Assembly: GCA_963701075.1 (NCBI GenBank)
Contig: OY969559.1
Coordinates: 1,024,001-1,088,000 of the forward strand
DNA length: 64,000 nucleotides
Source: an uncultured Nitrososphaerota archaeon
GTDB lineage: Archaea; Thermoproteota; Nitrososphaeria; Nitrososphaerales; Nitrosopumilaceae
Direction of reading: 5' to 3'
Position 1 is the first letter of the stretch, and each line of letters opens with the position of its first letter. Shown piece after piece: positions 1-10,650 of this stretch. The notes under the pieces were generated by a model. That model did not search any database. It had not been told where the DNA came from and saw only the letters and a program-made list of their open reading frames with translations. Position numbers and translations under genes: made by a program.

Positions 1-211
1 ATTCTAAATGAAGACTTATGCCGTGGATATTCTTTTGGTTGAGTTCAATCTCTGTTTTTAACCGTTTGGCCTCTTGAAGAATATTTGATATGCGCGGACC
101 TTCAAGTTCTTTGATGACTGCTGGTATCTCTTGTAAAGAGATCTCTCTTTGGTGTTGAGCAGGACTAATTGGATTTTCTACCGTTTTTTTCTTTCCAAAA
201 CCGAAGACCAT
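1..211 (-). CDS. Conserved thaumarchaeal hypothetical protein (5' part only; runs off the window)
   Basis: ATG at 211 opens MVFGFGKKKTVENPISPAQHQREISLQEIP..., open toward the window edge; not in the ORF track. Confidence 0.7.
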   Translation of the reverse strand, partial: MVFGFGKKKTVENPISPAQHQREISLQEIPAVIKELEGPRISNILQEAKRLKTEIELNQKNIHGISLHLE

Positions 212-269
212 GATATCACTGAAGATAGGATGTCACAACGTTAAATATTATGCATAAGAAAATATCGTT

Positions 270-578
270 ATGAGCGATATCAGGCTAATACTGATAGGAT
301 CTCTGCTCATCTTTGCAGGCTTTTATATTGCTGGCATGGCAGGCTCACAATACACTCAGATTTCCATACAACAAAACCAATTTGACGATTGCTACGACTA
401 TTCCTCTGGAACAGCAGTACATGTTAACTGTGTACAAGCAGAGAAAGATGCACTTCTATATCTCGGTCTGGCATTAGGTATCATCGGAGGAGGAGTGTAC
501 CTTATCTTCAAAGGTATAAAGGGTAGATGGGATCAGAACGTAAAAAGTGATGAAATGGTTGGTCCAAAACATGACTGA
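270..578 (+). CDS. Small membrane protein (2 TM)
   Basis: Two hydrophobic segments flanking a loop with a Cys pair. Confidence 0.75.
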   Translation: MSDIRLILIGSLLIFAGFYIAGMAGSQYTQISIQQNQFDDCYDYSSGTAVHVNCVQAEKDALLYLGLALGIIGGGVYLIFKGIKGRWDQNVKSDEMVGPKHD

Positions 579-712
579 AAATACTACACTTTTTTGATCA
601 TGTCCTACATCTGACAAAACTGTCTAGTGTGCAGTTGATCTTTTTCGGATATCCGTACTGATTCTAACTAGTAACATACGTCTTGTATCACGACAGTAAA
701 CAGAAAAGTCAG

Positions 713-808
713 CGCCAGGTAAGGGATTCGAACCCCTGAGTGCTAATGCACAACCGCTGCCCTGTATATGATCTCGAGGCGGTCGCCGTACCGCTTGGCT
801 AACCTGGC
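713..808 (-). tRNA. tRNA-Ser(CGA) with a 14-nt intron at 37/38 (intron 759-772)
   Basis: Minus strand: acceptor GCCAGGT/ACCTGGC, D-arm GCC..GGC, anticodon stem ACCGC/GCGGT with CT-CGA-G|ATCATATACAGGGC|A, long variable arm GTGC-ATTA-GCAC, T-loop TTCGAAT. Confidence 0.93.
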
Positions 809-919
809 AACCTGTGAAGACTCGGTTTTAGGTACATAAATACAATGAGAATAAAGTGATCAGATGATCAAATATATAATAAAGGATATAAAGTAGACAA
901 TCTATCATAAAAATATCGA

Positions 920-1084
920 ATGGAAGCAATAACTAAGAAAACCGTATCCATCGAGTTTCAAGGAAAAAAATATGCTCTCTCAGATGATTCTACTATCGAG
1001 GATCTTCTAGTTCATCTTGGTCTACCAAAAGACAAGATGGTCAGGCTACAGGCTACGCAAGATGGGTTTATCCTGATTTCATAG
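920..1084 (+). CDS. Small protein, ThiS/ubiquitin-like beta-grasp pattern without C-terminal GG
   Basis: 54 aa MEAITKKTVSIEFQGKKYALSDDSTIEDLLVHLGLPKDKMVRLQATQDGFILIS; below the ORF-track cutoff. Confidence 0.65.
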   Translation: MEAITKKTVSIEFQGKKYALSDDSTIEDLLVHLGLPKDKMVRLQATQDGFILIS

Positions 1085-1152
1085 TTTGTAATAATTGATA
1101 ATAGATAGTTTATTATTGATACTTTTTAATCACTCATTAGGTATAAGGTATT

Positions 1153-1335
1153 TTGACAAAGACTCGTGTATCCATTACCATTGATGGCGATATTGCAAAG
1201 GCAATTGAAAATTATTACCGCGAAAAGGTCAAGATGGCTGCAGAAAAAGGTGAAGCCATACCTAAACTCTCCAACATTTACGAAGAGATAATCGAAAGAG
1301 GTTGGGAGTTTAAATCTGGTACCCGAAAAAAATAG
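1153..1335 (+). CDS. Ribbon-helix-helix (CopG-like) DNA-binding protein
   Basis: KTRVSITID strand followed by two helices; TTG start. Confidence 0.75.
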   Translation: MTKTRVSITIDGDIAKAIENYYREKVKMAAEKGEAIPKLSNIYEEIIERGWEFKSGTRKK

Positions 1336-1370
1336 GAAAAGCAAAAATCACCATGTTCTAAACTAAACTT

Positions 1371-2396
1371 ATGGGGTTAGATCTTAAAACGCTATGTGTC
1401 AGAGAAAAGACCAACCTAGAATCTTTTGCATCCAAAATTGTTGCAATAGATGCCTACAACGCAATTTATCAATTCCTCTCAATTATTCGTGGACCTGACG
1501 GATTACCTTTAACTGACTATAGTGGAAAAATAACTAGTCACATCACCGGTCTATTTTACAGAAATATAAATTTCCTATCTCTTGGAATAAAACCAGTTTA
1601 CGTGTTTGATGGAAAACCTCCATCACTAAAATCAGCTGAGATTGAAAGAAGAAAGCAGATCAAGAAAGAAGCCACCATAAAATACGAAAATGCAGTTAGC
1701 CAAGGAAGATACGAGGAAGCAAAAAAATATGCACAACAAACATCAATTCTAAAGGACGAGATGGTTGGAGATTCTAAAATACTGTTAGGACTATTCGGAA
1801 TTCCTTTTGTTGATGCCCCCTCAGAAGGAGAAGCTACGGCAGCTTACATGACTATAACTGGACAGGCTCATGTATCTGCAAGCCAAGATTTTGACTCACT
1901 CTTATTTGGAGCAAAGAAGCTTGTGCGAAACTTTACAAATAGCGGTAAAAGAAAACTGCCTAACAGAAACACCACCATAGAGGTGGAGCCTGAAATTATA
2001 GATCTAATGAAAACCTTGGATCATCTAGGCATAACACGGGAGCAATTGGTGGATGTTGGAATATTGATAGGCACTGATTTTAATCCAGATGGATTTGAGA
2101 GGATAGGACCAAAGACTGCATTAAAGGCTATAAAACAACATGGGAGACTAGAGGAAATACCACAAATTCAAGAAAAACTAGACCAGATTGACTACAAGCA
2201 AATAAGAGAGATATTTTTGCATCCAAAAGTAGCAAACGTTTCTGATCTAAAGTTTGGAAATGTTGACTATCAAGGCATAACAAACTACCTTACAAAGGAA
2301 AGAAGTTTTTCTATTGAAAGAGTGGAAACATCATTGAACAGATTGAAAAAATCAATAGAAAAGAAAAGCCATAATCTGGAACAGTGGTTTAAATGA
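1371..2396 (+). CDS. fen: Flap endonuclease 1
   Basis: [42 protein letters not shown] motifs; C-terminal PIP-like NLEQWF. Confidence 0.97.
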   Translation: MGLDLKTLCVREKTNLESFASKIVAIDAYNAIYQFLSIIRGPDGLPLTDYSGKITSHITGLFYRNINFLSLGIKPVYVFDGKPPSLKSAEIERRKQIKKEATIKYENAVSQGRYEEAKKYAQQTSILKDEMVGDSKILLGLFGIPFVDAPSEGEATAAYMTITGQAHVSASQDFDSLLFGAKKLVRNFTNSGKRKLPNRNTTIEVEPEIIDLMKTLDHLGITREQLVDVGILIGTDFNPDGFERIGPKTALKAIKQHGRLEEIPQIQEKLDQIDYKQIREIFLHPKVANVSDLKFGNVDYQGITNYLTKERSFSIERVETSLNRLKKSIEKKSHNLEQWFK

Positions 2397-2482
2397 TTAA
2401 CACTCTGGCAATAAATTTAAACCCAATTCGCAGTTTAAGCTGAGTTCTCTTTTTATGTAACAAATTTCGACAAAACTAAAAG

Positions 2483-4549
2483 TTGAACAGAATTTCGGCA
2501 GTATCAATCTCGATTCTAGTATCAGTATTACTCATATCAAGCATCACGATGCCACAAATATACGCAACAGGTCAGAGAGCAAAATGGGACGTATCTCCCT
2601 ACTTTCAACTCAATGGTACGGCTACCTCATCCCCGAAGGGACTTGACCCTGTCCAGATATGGGATGCTTACGGCTTTTCCAAGATGAACTGTGATACCCA
2701 AAGCAGTATGGGGTGGGACTATGCAAATCTCTGCGGGCATGGCCAGATAATTGCCATAGTTGATGCTTACGATGATCCCAGCATCGAAAATGACCTTGCA
2801 ACATTTGACCAACATTGGGGATTACCGGAGTGTACTACCACAAATGGATGCTTTACGAAAATAACGCCAAATGGCGTTCCAAATAGCAACTCAACTTGGG
2901 CGCTCGAAGAATCACTTGATGTAGAGTGGGCACATGCAATAGCACCAGGTGCAAAGATAGCTCTTGTTGAATCACAGTCAAATAACTTCAGAGATTTGAT
3001 TCATTCAATAAATTATACCGAGACCACTACTGGAGCAAAGCAGATCTCTATCAGCTGGGGTATGCCAGAATTTCAAAATGAGACAAGTTATGACTCTTAT
3101 TTTGCCAAGTCAGGCATTAGCTTTTTTGCGCCATCAGGTAATGGGGCATACAATGCATATCCTTCTGTTTCTCCATCTGTAGTATCTGTGGGCGGAACAA
3201 CTCTTGATGTTGCAGCCAATGGAGCAGTACGAAGCGAGACTGCATGGAGTGAGAGCTCAGGAGGATCAAGTTTCTACGAGCCAGAGCCACAATATCAGAT
3301 AGTATACAACATTGACAGTGACGGCAAAAGGGCAATCCCAGACGTTTCCTACGATGCAGACCCACGCACAGGTTTTTCGGTTTATGATTCAACTTCATAT
3401 TATAACCAGACAGGTTGGTTTCTAGTTGGTGGAACAAGTGCAGGCATTCCGCAGTGGACTGCCATTGCAGCAATAGCAAACAGCCAAGGCGCAGGACTCT
3501 CATCATATCGATTTGTTACCAACGGAGATCTCTATACTGCAGCAACAGGCATAGAGTATTCTTCCAATTACAGGGACATTACTCTGGGAGGAAACATTGT
3601 AAATCAAGCAACTTCAGGATATGACTTTACAACCGGCCTTGGAAGCCCGATATCACACAACCTTGCATCACTCTTATCCCCAAAACCTACTACATCATCA
3701 GTCCCACTAAACCTAGTGGTAACCCCATCCAACAGACAGATATCACTGACATGGCAATCTCCATCTTTTACTGGAGGATTGCCAATAACAAAATACAACA
3801 TCTATCGAGGCACAGCGTCTGCAGCAGAGATGGTAATCAATAATGTACCGTCCACTAATCAATCCTTTAACGATATATGGCTTGAAAACGGGATGCCATA
3901 CTACTACTATGTTACTGCTATCAATGCTGCAGGTGAATCTCATGACTCTAATGAAGCATATGCCATCCCTGCAGGAATACCATCTGCTCCACAGAATCTT
4001 GCAGGAAGTACCTCAGGCGATCAGGTATTACTAACGTGGCAGCCTCCGTCCTCTAATAATGGCTCTTCGATAATAAAATACGATATCTATAGGGGAACAT
4101 CATCAGGCCAAGAGACATTGCTCAATTCTATCTCAAATAGCACGACATCATATGAAGACACCATTACTGGTACTGATCAAACTTACTATTACTATGTGAC
4201 AGCGGTAAATGTGATGGGAGAATCACAGAAATCAAATGAAGTTCCTGTGTCCCAGTCTGCAGGAATACCATCTGCTCCGCAGAATCTTGCAGCTAGTGTG
4301 ACAAGTAAACAGATAGTGCTGATATGGCAGCAACCTGCTTCAACTGGTGGCTCTGCAATAATAAAGTATAACATATACCAAGGTACAAGTCAGGGAAATG
4401 AGGTTTTCCTCTCATCTGTTCCACCAGATGCTTCTGATTATACCAATTCCTTTCTTGTCAACGGTGCAACTTACTATTACTACGTGACAGCAGTAAACGC
4501 TATGGGAGAATCACAGAAATCAAACGAAGTTTCTAGTACACCTGGTTGA
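2483..4549 (+). CDS. Secreted S53 (sedolisin-like) peptidase with three C-terminal fibronectin type III domains
   Basis: Signal peptide; EESLDVEWAHAIAPGA, RAIPDVS, VGGTSAG, GYDFTTGLGSP; three LxWQxP...YYYYVTAxN Fn3 units. Confidence 0.9.
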   Translation: MNRISAVSISILVSVLLISSITMPQIYATGQRAKWDVSPYFQLNGTATSSPKGLDPVQIWDAYGFSKMNCDTQSSMGWDYANLCGHGQIIAIVDAYDDPSIENDLATFDQHWGLPECTTTNGCFTKITPNGVPNSNSTWALEESLDVEWAHAIAPGAKIALVESQSNNFRDLIHSINYTETTTGAKQISISWGMPEFQNETSYDSYFAKSGISFFAPSGNGAYNAYPSVSPSVVSVGGTTLDVAANGAVRSETAWSESSGGSSFYEPEPQYQIVYNIDSDGKRAIPDVSYDADPRTGFSVYDSTSYYNQTGWFLVGGTSAGIPQWTAIAAIANSQGAGLSSYRFVTNGDLYTAATGIEYSSNYRDITLGGNIVNQATSGYDFTTGLGSPISHNLASLLSPKPTTSSVPLNLVVTPSNRQISLTWQSPSFTGGLPITKYNIYRGTASAAEMVINNVPSTNQSFNDIWLENGMPYYYYVTAINAAGESHDSNEAYAIPAGIPSAPQNLAGSTSGDQVLLTWQPPSSNNGSSIIKYDIYRGTSSGQETLLNSISNSTTSYEDTITGTDQTYYYYVTAVNVMGESQKSNEVPVSQSAGIPSAPQNLAASVTSKQIVLIWQQPASTGGSAIIKYNIYQGTSQGNEVFLSSVPPDASDYTNSFLVNGATYYYYVTAVNAMGESQKSNEVSSTPG
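3969..4532 (+). repeat. Tandem duplication of Fn3-coding units, 288-bp period
   Basis: 3969-4004 vs 4257-4292 (1 mismatch in 36 bp) and 4181-4244 vs 4469-4532 are near-identical at the DNA level. Confidence 0.85.
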
Positions 4550-4559
4550 TCTTCTTTCT

Positions 4560-5105
4560 ATGGATCGAGTAAAAAGTTCCCCTAAAACGAGTGTTACTTT
4601 TAGGATTGACTCCAACGAATTAAAACAACTAAAGAAAGAAGCCGATCACAAAGAAATTAGTTTAAACACTCTTGCAGGACAAATTTTTAGGCAACACATC
4701 GACTGGCATTCTAATGCTCCAAAAGCAGGTTTTGTTTCAGTTACAAAAGGTCTGATATCTGGCATGTTGAACAAAATCTCGGATGAAGAAATTCTCAAAC
4801 TTGCAGAGTATACTGCAAAAAAATAATCCAAGGACTTTGTTTTGTTGTTGAGAAATGAATACAATATTATTCCTATATTAGATGTGCTTGAGACAAGAAT
4901 GCGAGTATCTGGCTTTCAGTATAGACATGAAGTAAATGATACTGTCCATTCATACGTAATACAGCATGATATGGGAAATAAATGGTCTATCTATATGGCA
5001 GCACAATATAGATATGTTTTTGATGAGTTTAATCTAAAAACAGTTACCTTTGAAATGACAGGCAATACACTTGCATTCATAGTAGATCTCAAAGCTACGG
5101 ATTAA
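4560..5105 (+). pseudogene. RHH-domain protein interrupted by an in-frame TAA (4824-4826)
   Basis: ORFs 4560-4826 and 4842-5105 share one frame: ...YTAKK*SKDFVLLLRNEY...; N-terminal TSVTFRID RHH signature. Confidence 0.65.
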
Positions 5106-5190
5106 CTGTCATTTGTTTGTGCTTGTACAATAAAAACACAAACCGTTTCTAAATATTTGTCTACATGGAAATTTAGAATTTTTATAATCG

Positions 5191-6801
5191 TTATAGTCGT
5201 TTTCGTTTTTCTTCTATTCTTTTTTCAGATTCCAATCTTTCAAGATTGTAGTTTTTAAGATCAACATGTCTTATTATCTGACTAAGATTTGGATGGATCT
5301 TTTTAATCGACTTGAACATTTCTTGCGCGACCTTGCGATAATCTTGATGTCCCTGTGGGACTGTTCTTAGTTCTATTAAATGAGTAGCTTCTCTAAGGTT
5401 CAATTTCATAAAATAAGGATACTTGTAAGCAAAGTTTACTACATACTGTGCTTGCTCTGGCATTTTTTGTCTTACTAAGTTAAAAATTTCTTTTGATTTG
5501 TACATGCAATCTTCAAAGTCTTTTCTTATTCCAAGTGACAAAACTTCTTTTGGAACAGAAAAATCATGATCTGTTGTTAACAACTGTCTCTCTAGCGTTA
5601 AGACTCGGTGCCTATGAAAATCACGGAACATGCCAAAATTAGTCAGTAGATCAAACGTATAGTCTGTCATTTCAAATCCTCTGGGCGGCCTATGGCGTCT
5701 ATTCTGCCTTATGTCTGAAAACGTTTTGATAATTTTCTTTCTTGCAGGAGAACTCATCTTTCGTATCTGAGATAGTATTTCATGGTATGACATACCTAAA
5801 GACTGTTCGTATAGTAATGCAGAGATTATCTTATCTTCTGCCCTTTTTTCAGATTCACATTCAACCATTTGGACTAGAAAGTCTTTTGTCTTTTTAGACT
5901 TGAGGTATTTCTTGTTGAATGTATATGCAGTATTTTTTAGATCAGATAAGTAACTTTGTAAGGCCTTACCATGTTTATCATCGGCTCTTTTTACAAATGA
6001 CTTGATGGTAGTATCTAACTCTCTGTGTATTTTTGTAGCAGTTTCTCTTTCTTCTCTTAGATTAGAAGAGTATAGTACAGTGAGAAGATACTCAAACGCT
6101 CTTCCATTACCGGTAATTCCAACATTTGTAAGAGTTGAGGCAGGTAATATTCCTCGCAAAACATCTAATGATTTTGCTCTTATTGTTGCATTATAAATAC
6201 GCGTAGCAGACTTGATATCAGATTCGTCTTTAAGGTGTGAAAATAAAATATCCTCTCCTGACGAATTTTTGAATTTTTGATTTTCTATTGGCTCTCTCTC
6301 CTGAATATATGATGTCATCAATTGTATATTTTTAGAATAAACATCAAAATCTAAATTACAGGATTCTAAATACTGATCCGCATATTTTGAATTCATTATA
6401 TAGGACTCTTTGAAAAACTTGTATTCTCCATTAACCTTTTTATCCCAAGCTACATACCGTGAAGACTTTTCAAGATACGACAACCCAATTCTACGGTCTT
6501 CAATTTTCTTTACTGCAATATTGGATAGACCTTCTATTGCAATTTGTGCCTCGCCAAGCTCTGCAACAGAATCATCTCCATATTCTAGTAAGACTTTGCT
6601 GTAAAATTCTTCTCCACGATTTTCGTTTTGCAGAAACTCGTCAAGAAATATCCTTCGCATACTTTTATCAGTTCTGCTGTATCTTGACATCAGAGCTCCA
6701 CGATCTACTTGCCGTGGTGTTATGACTGCAAAAACAGAGTCATCTATATTAGAAAAGTGTTTTAGTAGGATCTCTTTTTCAGATTCAGAAAACTCTGACA
6801 A
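5191..6801 (-). CDS. thyX: FAD-dependent thymidylate synthase (tandem ThyX domains)
   Basis: EKSSRYV and RDFHRHR motifs; double length; likely TTG start at 6801 (ORF extends to 6822). Confidence 0.9.
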   Translation of the reverse strand: MSEFSESEKEILLKHFSNIDDSVFAVITPRQVDRGALMSRYSRTDKSMRRIFLDEFLQNENRGEEFYSKVLLEYGDDSVAELGEAQIAIEGLSNIAVKKIEDRRIGLSYLEKSSRYVAWDKKVNGEYKFFKESYIMNSKYADQYLESCNLDFDVYSKNIQLMTSYIQEREPIENQKFKNSSGEDILFSHLKDESDIKSATRIYNATIRAKSLDVLRGILPASTLTNVGITGNGRAFEYLLTVLYSSNLREERETATKIHRELDTTIKSFVKRADDKHGKALQSYLSDLKNTAYTFNKKYLKSKKTKDFLVQMVECESEKRAEDKIISALLYEQSLGMSYHEILSQIRKMSSPARKKIIKTFSDIRQNRRHRPPRGFEMTDYTFDLLTNFGMFRDFHRHRVLTLERQLLTTDHDFSVPKEVLSLGIRKDFEDCMYKSKEIFNLVRQKMPEQAQYVVNFAYKYPYFMKLNLREATHLIELRTVPQGHQDYRKVAQEMFKSIKKIHPNLSQIIRHVDLKNYNLERLESEKRIEEKRKRL

Positions 6802-6836
6802 CACGATTCGAAAGTAGTTCAATTATAAATAATCTA

Positions 6837-7157
6837 CTATCTTGTTATCTTGTCTTTTTTCCCGATTTGAATCAAGTCGGTCGATCCTGTTTTCAATGTA
6901 TTGCGTCTTGATTGCCATCTAAGCAATACTTCCTTAAACGACTCTGCTTCTGACGCATCCTCTGTATACATCAAAGTTGTAACCCATCTTCCTTCTCCTG
7001 CAATACCGCCCATCGAGTTCATCCAAAAATCAGTTGGCATGTTTTCAAAGGCTTTATGGTTTGGATCGCGGCTCATGTCTATCCATCGTTTTGCAACAAA
7101 ATGTAAGACTTCGTCTAGTTCTTCCTTTGTAATCATTGTTGGACCATTACAATACAC
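6837..7157 (-). CDS. Conserved hypothetical protein
   Basis: 106-aa ORF with protein-like composition filling the gap between thyX and cdvA. Confidence 0.65.
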   Translation of the reverse strand: MYCNGPTMITKEELDEVLHFVAKRWIDMSRDPNHKAFENMPTDFWMNSMGGIAGEGRWVTTLMYTEDASEAESFKEVLLRWQSRRNTLKTGSTDLIQIGKKDKITR

Positions 7158-7267
7158 ATGATTTTAAAATTACTAAATTTTCAAAAAGTTAAGAAAACTT
7201 AGCTAAAATGATCTTACTAAAATTGAAAACCTTGTTAACACTTTGCTGATTATATCAAAAATATGAC

Positions 7268-8098
7268 ATGTGCACAATGAGCAAAGAAGATGTCGAGTTT
7301 ATCGGCAAGCAAGTTAAGGACATGTATGGCACTTACATTGGTAAGGTCATAGGAACTATAACTGACATAGATGGAAGTGTACAAACCGTAGGTGTCGATT
7401 GTGGTTCTGAAGGGCTGAAGCAAGTTCCATTTGAGCAACTAGTTGTTCAGGGACAATTCGTAATTTTCATTCCTAGATGGAGATTAGATGCCCAGAGATT
7501 GTTGCGAGAAAAGGGCCTTACATTGCGCCGAATTCGCGCGTTGATAGACATCGTATCTGAAAACGACGACATGAAGGAGGATGCTGAATTGATCCACGAG
7601 AAATATAAAATGAAATTACTAACTCTGGATGAGACCGAAAAACAAATCAAAGAAAAACTAGGGCATAGGCTGTCAGATCTTGACAATCAGCTCAAATCAA
7701 TCAGAATGCTGAGGTTTGATGCCAAATTGCAAAACAAAAGCAATGAAATTTCTGATGCCAAGTACGAATCAGTTAAGACCCACACGGTTGAAATCATCGA
7801 GCACATCGAACACGAAAAGGCAGAGATAGTAAACATTCAACGTCGCATCAACGATCTTTCAGTTGATACTGTGGAGCGAACCGAGAGTCCAAAACAGGAC
7901 GTTCATTCAGCTGCTGTTTCCTACCTTGGTAAGGCGGAAACTTCTCCCTCTCCTCAACCAAAGACACCAATATCTACTGAAATGGTAGTTGGTAATACGA
8001 ATTCCCAAACATCAACCCCCAAACCAGTTGCTATTGGAGCCGATGGTGAGGAAGAACCTCAAGACTCAGATTGGCTTAAGAGAATATCGTCTTCTTGA
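7268..8098 (+). CDS. cdvA: Cell division protein CdvA
   Basis: N-terminal PRC barrel (FIGKQVKDMYGTYIGKVIG), long coiled coil, low-complexity linker and short C-terminal motif. Confidence 0.9.
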   Translation: MCTMSKEDVEFIGKQVKDMYGTYIGKVIGTITDIDGSVQTVGVDCGSEGLKQVPFEQLVVQGQFVIFIPRWRLDAQRLLREKGLTLRRIRALIDIVSENDDMKEDAELIHEKYKMKLLTLDETEKQIKEKLGHRLSDLDNQLKSIRMLRFDAKLQNKSNEISDAKYESVKTHTVEIIEHIEHEKAEIVNIQRRINDLSVDTVERTESPKQDVHSAAVSYLGKAETSPSPQPKTPISTEMVVGNTNSQTSTPKPVAIGADGEEEPQDSDWLKRISSS

Positions 8099-8177
8099 GA
8101 ATATCTGATAGGATGGGAAGATTCGCTCCTGCCTCCTTTTAAGCGAACCTTTTTTTTAAGATGAATACAACACATAT

Positions 8178-10100
8178 TTGTTGGATGCGGTACATTCGAT
8201 AGGTCTTGGAAATAATGACACTATAACAAGAAAAAGAGCAAATCAAGATTATTTAAAATTCTGGGAAGAAGAAGCAAGCAAACTTCATTGGTTTGAAAAA
8301 TGGGATAAAACACTAGAATGGAATCCACCTTTTGCAAAATGGTTTGTAAATGGTAAAATTAATGCGTCTTATAACGCACTTGATGTGGTAGTCCAAAAAA
8401 ACCCGCAGAAGAATGCTCTGCTCTGGGAAGGCGAAAATGGAGAGACGCGAACTCTCACATATGTCGAACTGTTGAATTATGTATGTAAAGTAGCAAACTC
8501 TCTCAAGTCCCTTGGGGTAAAAAAGGGAGACCGAGTTACGATATATCTGCCAATGATTCCCGAGTTGATTGTTTCTTTGCTTGCATGTGCAAGAATAGGC
8601 GCAATTCATACTGTCATCTTCTCTGGATTTAGTTCCCAATCTATTAGAGATAGAGTCTATGACTCAAAATCGAAGGTCATAATTACAGCAGATGGAGGAT
8701 TTAGACGTGGAACGATAGTAAAGCTAAAGCAAGTTGTAGACGAGGCAATATCTGACTTTGATTTTGTGGAAAATGTATTGGTATATGTACATGCCAAGAT
8801 TCCAATGACGTTAGGAAAAAAAGACAAGATATGGACTGACCTGATAAACAACGCATCAGAATATTGTGAACCTGAAAAACTTGACAGCGTTCATCCACTT
8901 TACATTTTGTATACTTCAGGAACTACGGGAAAGCCAAAAGGTGTTCTTCACGGAACGGGTGGCTATTTGGTACACCTTTACAGCACATTCAAGTGGGTTT
9001 TTGATATCAGGGAATCTGATATTTATTTTTGTACTGCTGATATTGGATGGGTTACAGGTCACAGCTATATTGTATATGGACCTTTAATGCATGGTGCAAC
9101 TCAGGTTATGTATGAAGGAGCACTGGTCTTTCCAACACCCACGAGAATTTGGGATCTAATTGAAAGATACAAAGTCACAATACTCTATACGACCCCTACT
9201 GCACTGCGCATGTTTATGAAATATGGTAACTCACTACCAAACTCGAAAGATCTGTCCAGTTTGAGACTGCTTGGTACCGTAGGTGAGCCAATAAATCCGG
9301 AAGTATGGGAATGGTATTTTCAAGTAATTGGAAAAATAAATTGTCCCATAGTAGATACTTGGTGGCAGACAGAAACTGGCGGAATGATGATCTCGCCAGT
9401 TCCAGGGCTAGAAACAATATCGCTCAAACCGGGTTCCGCAACTAGACCGTTGCCAGGAATCAGTGTTGACGTGGTTGATGAAAACGGAAATACTCTCCCA
9501 TCAGGAACAAAAGGCTATCTTGTGGTCAAGAATCCGTGGCCTGGAATGCTTCTTTCATTGTGGGAAGACGATGAGAAATACAAAACTGTATACTGGTCAA
9601 AGTACAAAACCATGTACTATCCAGGAGATTATGCAATTAAGGACAAAGATGGTTACTTTTGGATGTTAGGCAGAGCAGATGATGTTCTAAAGGTGGCAGG
9701 TCATAGGCTTGGTACTGCTGAGATTGAAAGCGGATTTGTATCTCATAAATCAATAGCAGAGGCAGCTGCATGTGGAATTCCACATGATGTAAAAGGCGAA
9801 TCAATAATTGTATTCTTGGTATTGAAGGAAGGCGTAACTACAAGTGAACAATTAGAGGATGAGCTCATCCAACACATACGAAAGGTAGTGGGCCCAATCG
9901 CAACTCCTGATCAACTGTATATTGTTTCCAAGTTACCAAAGACAAGGAGCGGAAAGATAATGAGAAGATTGCTAAAGGCTGTGGCAAACAATGAAAATAT
10001 TGGTGATGTAAGCACATTAGAGGACGAATCTGCTGTAGATGAGGTTCGAGCTACATTCAATGAGCTAAGGCAAACCGTTCAAAGAAATCAAATCAAATAG
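8178..10100 (+). CDS. acs: AMP-forming acetyl-CoA synthetase
   Basis: YTSGTTGKPKG, DTWWQTETGG, PKTRSGKIMRR. Confidence 0.95.
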   Translation: MLDAVHSIGLGNNDTITRKRANQDYLKFWEEEASKLHWFEKWDKTLEWNPPFAKWFVNGKINASYNALDVVVQKNPQKNALLWEGENGETRTLTYVELLNYVCKVANSLKSLGVKKGDRVTIYLPMIPELIVSLLACARIGAIHTVIFSGFSSQSIRDRVYDSKSKVIITADGGFRRGTIVKLKQVVDEAISDFDFVENVLVYVHAKIPMTLGKKDKIWTDLINNASEYCEPEKLDSVHPLYILYTSGTTGKPKGVLHGTGGYLVHLYSTFKWVFDIRESDIYFCTADIGWVTGHSYIVYGPLMHGATQVMYEGALVFPTPTRIWDLIERYKVTILYTTPTALRMFMKYGNSLPNSKDLSSLRLLGTVGEPINPEVWEWYFQVIGKINCPIVDTWWQTETGGMMISPVPGLETISLKPGSATRPLPGISVDVVDENGNTLPSGTKGYLVVKNPWPGMLLSLWEDDEKYKTVYWSKYKTMYYPGDYAIKDKDGYFWMLGRADDVLKVAGHRLGTAEIESGFVSHKSIAEAAACGIPHDVKGESIIVFLVLKEGVTTSEQLEDELIQHIRKVVGPIATPDQLYIVSKLPKTRSGKIMRRLLKAVANNENIGDVSTLEDESAVDEVRATFNELRQTVQRNQIK

Positions 10101-10587
10101 AGATTATCTGTAGTTTCGAACTTGCTGTTATGTTGAACTTGCTAACAAAACCAGCGGTCGTTTCTAATACATACTTTGCTGGTTTGCCTCCTCCATCGTC
10201 CACTGTGCATGTTGCGGTCTCAAGAGCTGATTGACACGGCTGCATATATTTTGTTATATGGACCACATTTCCATTACTATCAAACCAGATTACATCAAGA
10301 GGAAATTGCATGTTTAGCATCCATATGGGAATAACCTGCTCGTTGTTCATCACAAAGATCATTCCCTGGTTGTAGGGCAGCTGATCTTGAAACATCAAAC
10401 CCCTATCTCTCTGTGCATCTGTTTCTGCTACCTGTACATTTAGAGTTACATTGTCTATCTTTACAGTGCCACTTGAAAAATTAACCTCGGCAAGTTTAGA
10501 GTCTGCAGGAATTGTCAATACTCCGACGATACCAATGATCACTGCTGTAATGGCTATTGGGATTAATATCTGTCCTCTTGTTGCCAT
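10093..10587 (-). CDS. DUF192 family protein
   Basis: RGLMF...GMIF...WMLNMQFPLDVIW...YVLE; N-terminal TM. Confidence 0.88.
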   Translation of the reverse strand: MATRGQILIPIAITAVIIGIVGVLTIPADSKLAEVNFSSGTVKIDNVTLNVQVAETDAQRDRGLMFQDQLPYNQGMIFVMNNEQVIPIWMLNMQFPLDVIWFDSNGNVVHITKYMQPCQSALETATCTVDDGGGKPAKYVLETTAGFVSKFNITASSKLQIISI

Positions 10588-10650
10588 AAAAATTGTGATA
10601 CACGTCTAGTTAAAAACTAATGCAAAAAATGTGCTAATAAAAAACTCGAA

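Noticed and set aside
713-5105. Integrated element at tRNA-Ser
   Set aside because: No integrase and no duplicated tRNA 3' end seen; the core gene fen lies inside the interval
8105-8160. Weak hairpin and T-runs after cdvA as an ncRNA or riboswitch
   Set aside because: Pairing is imperfect; more simply an archaeal T-rich terminator/promoter region
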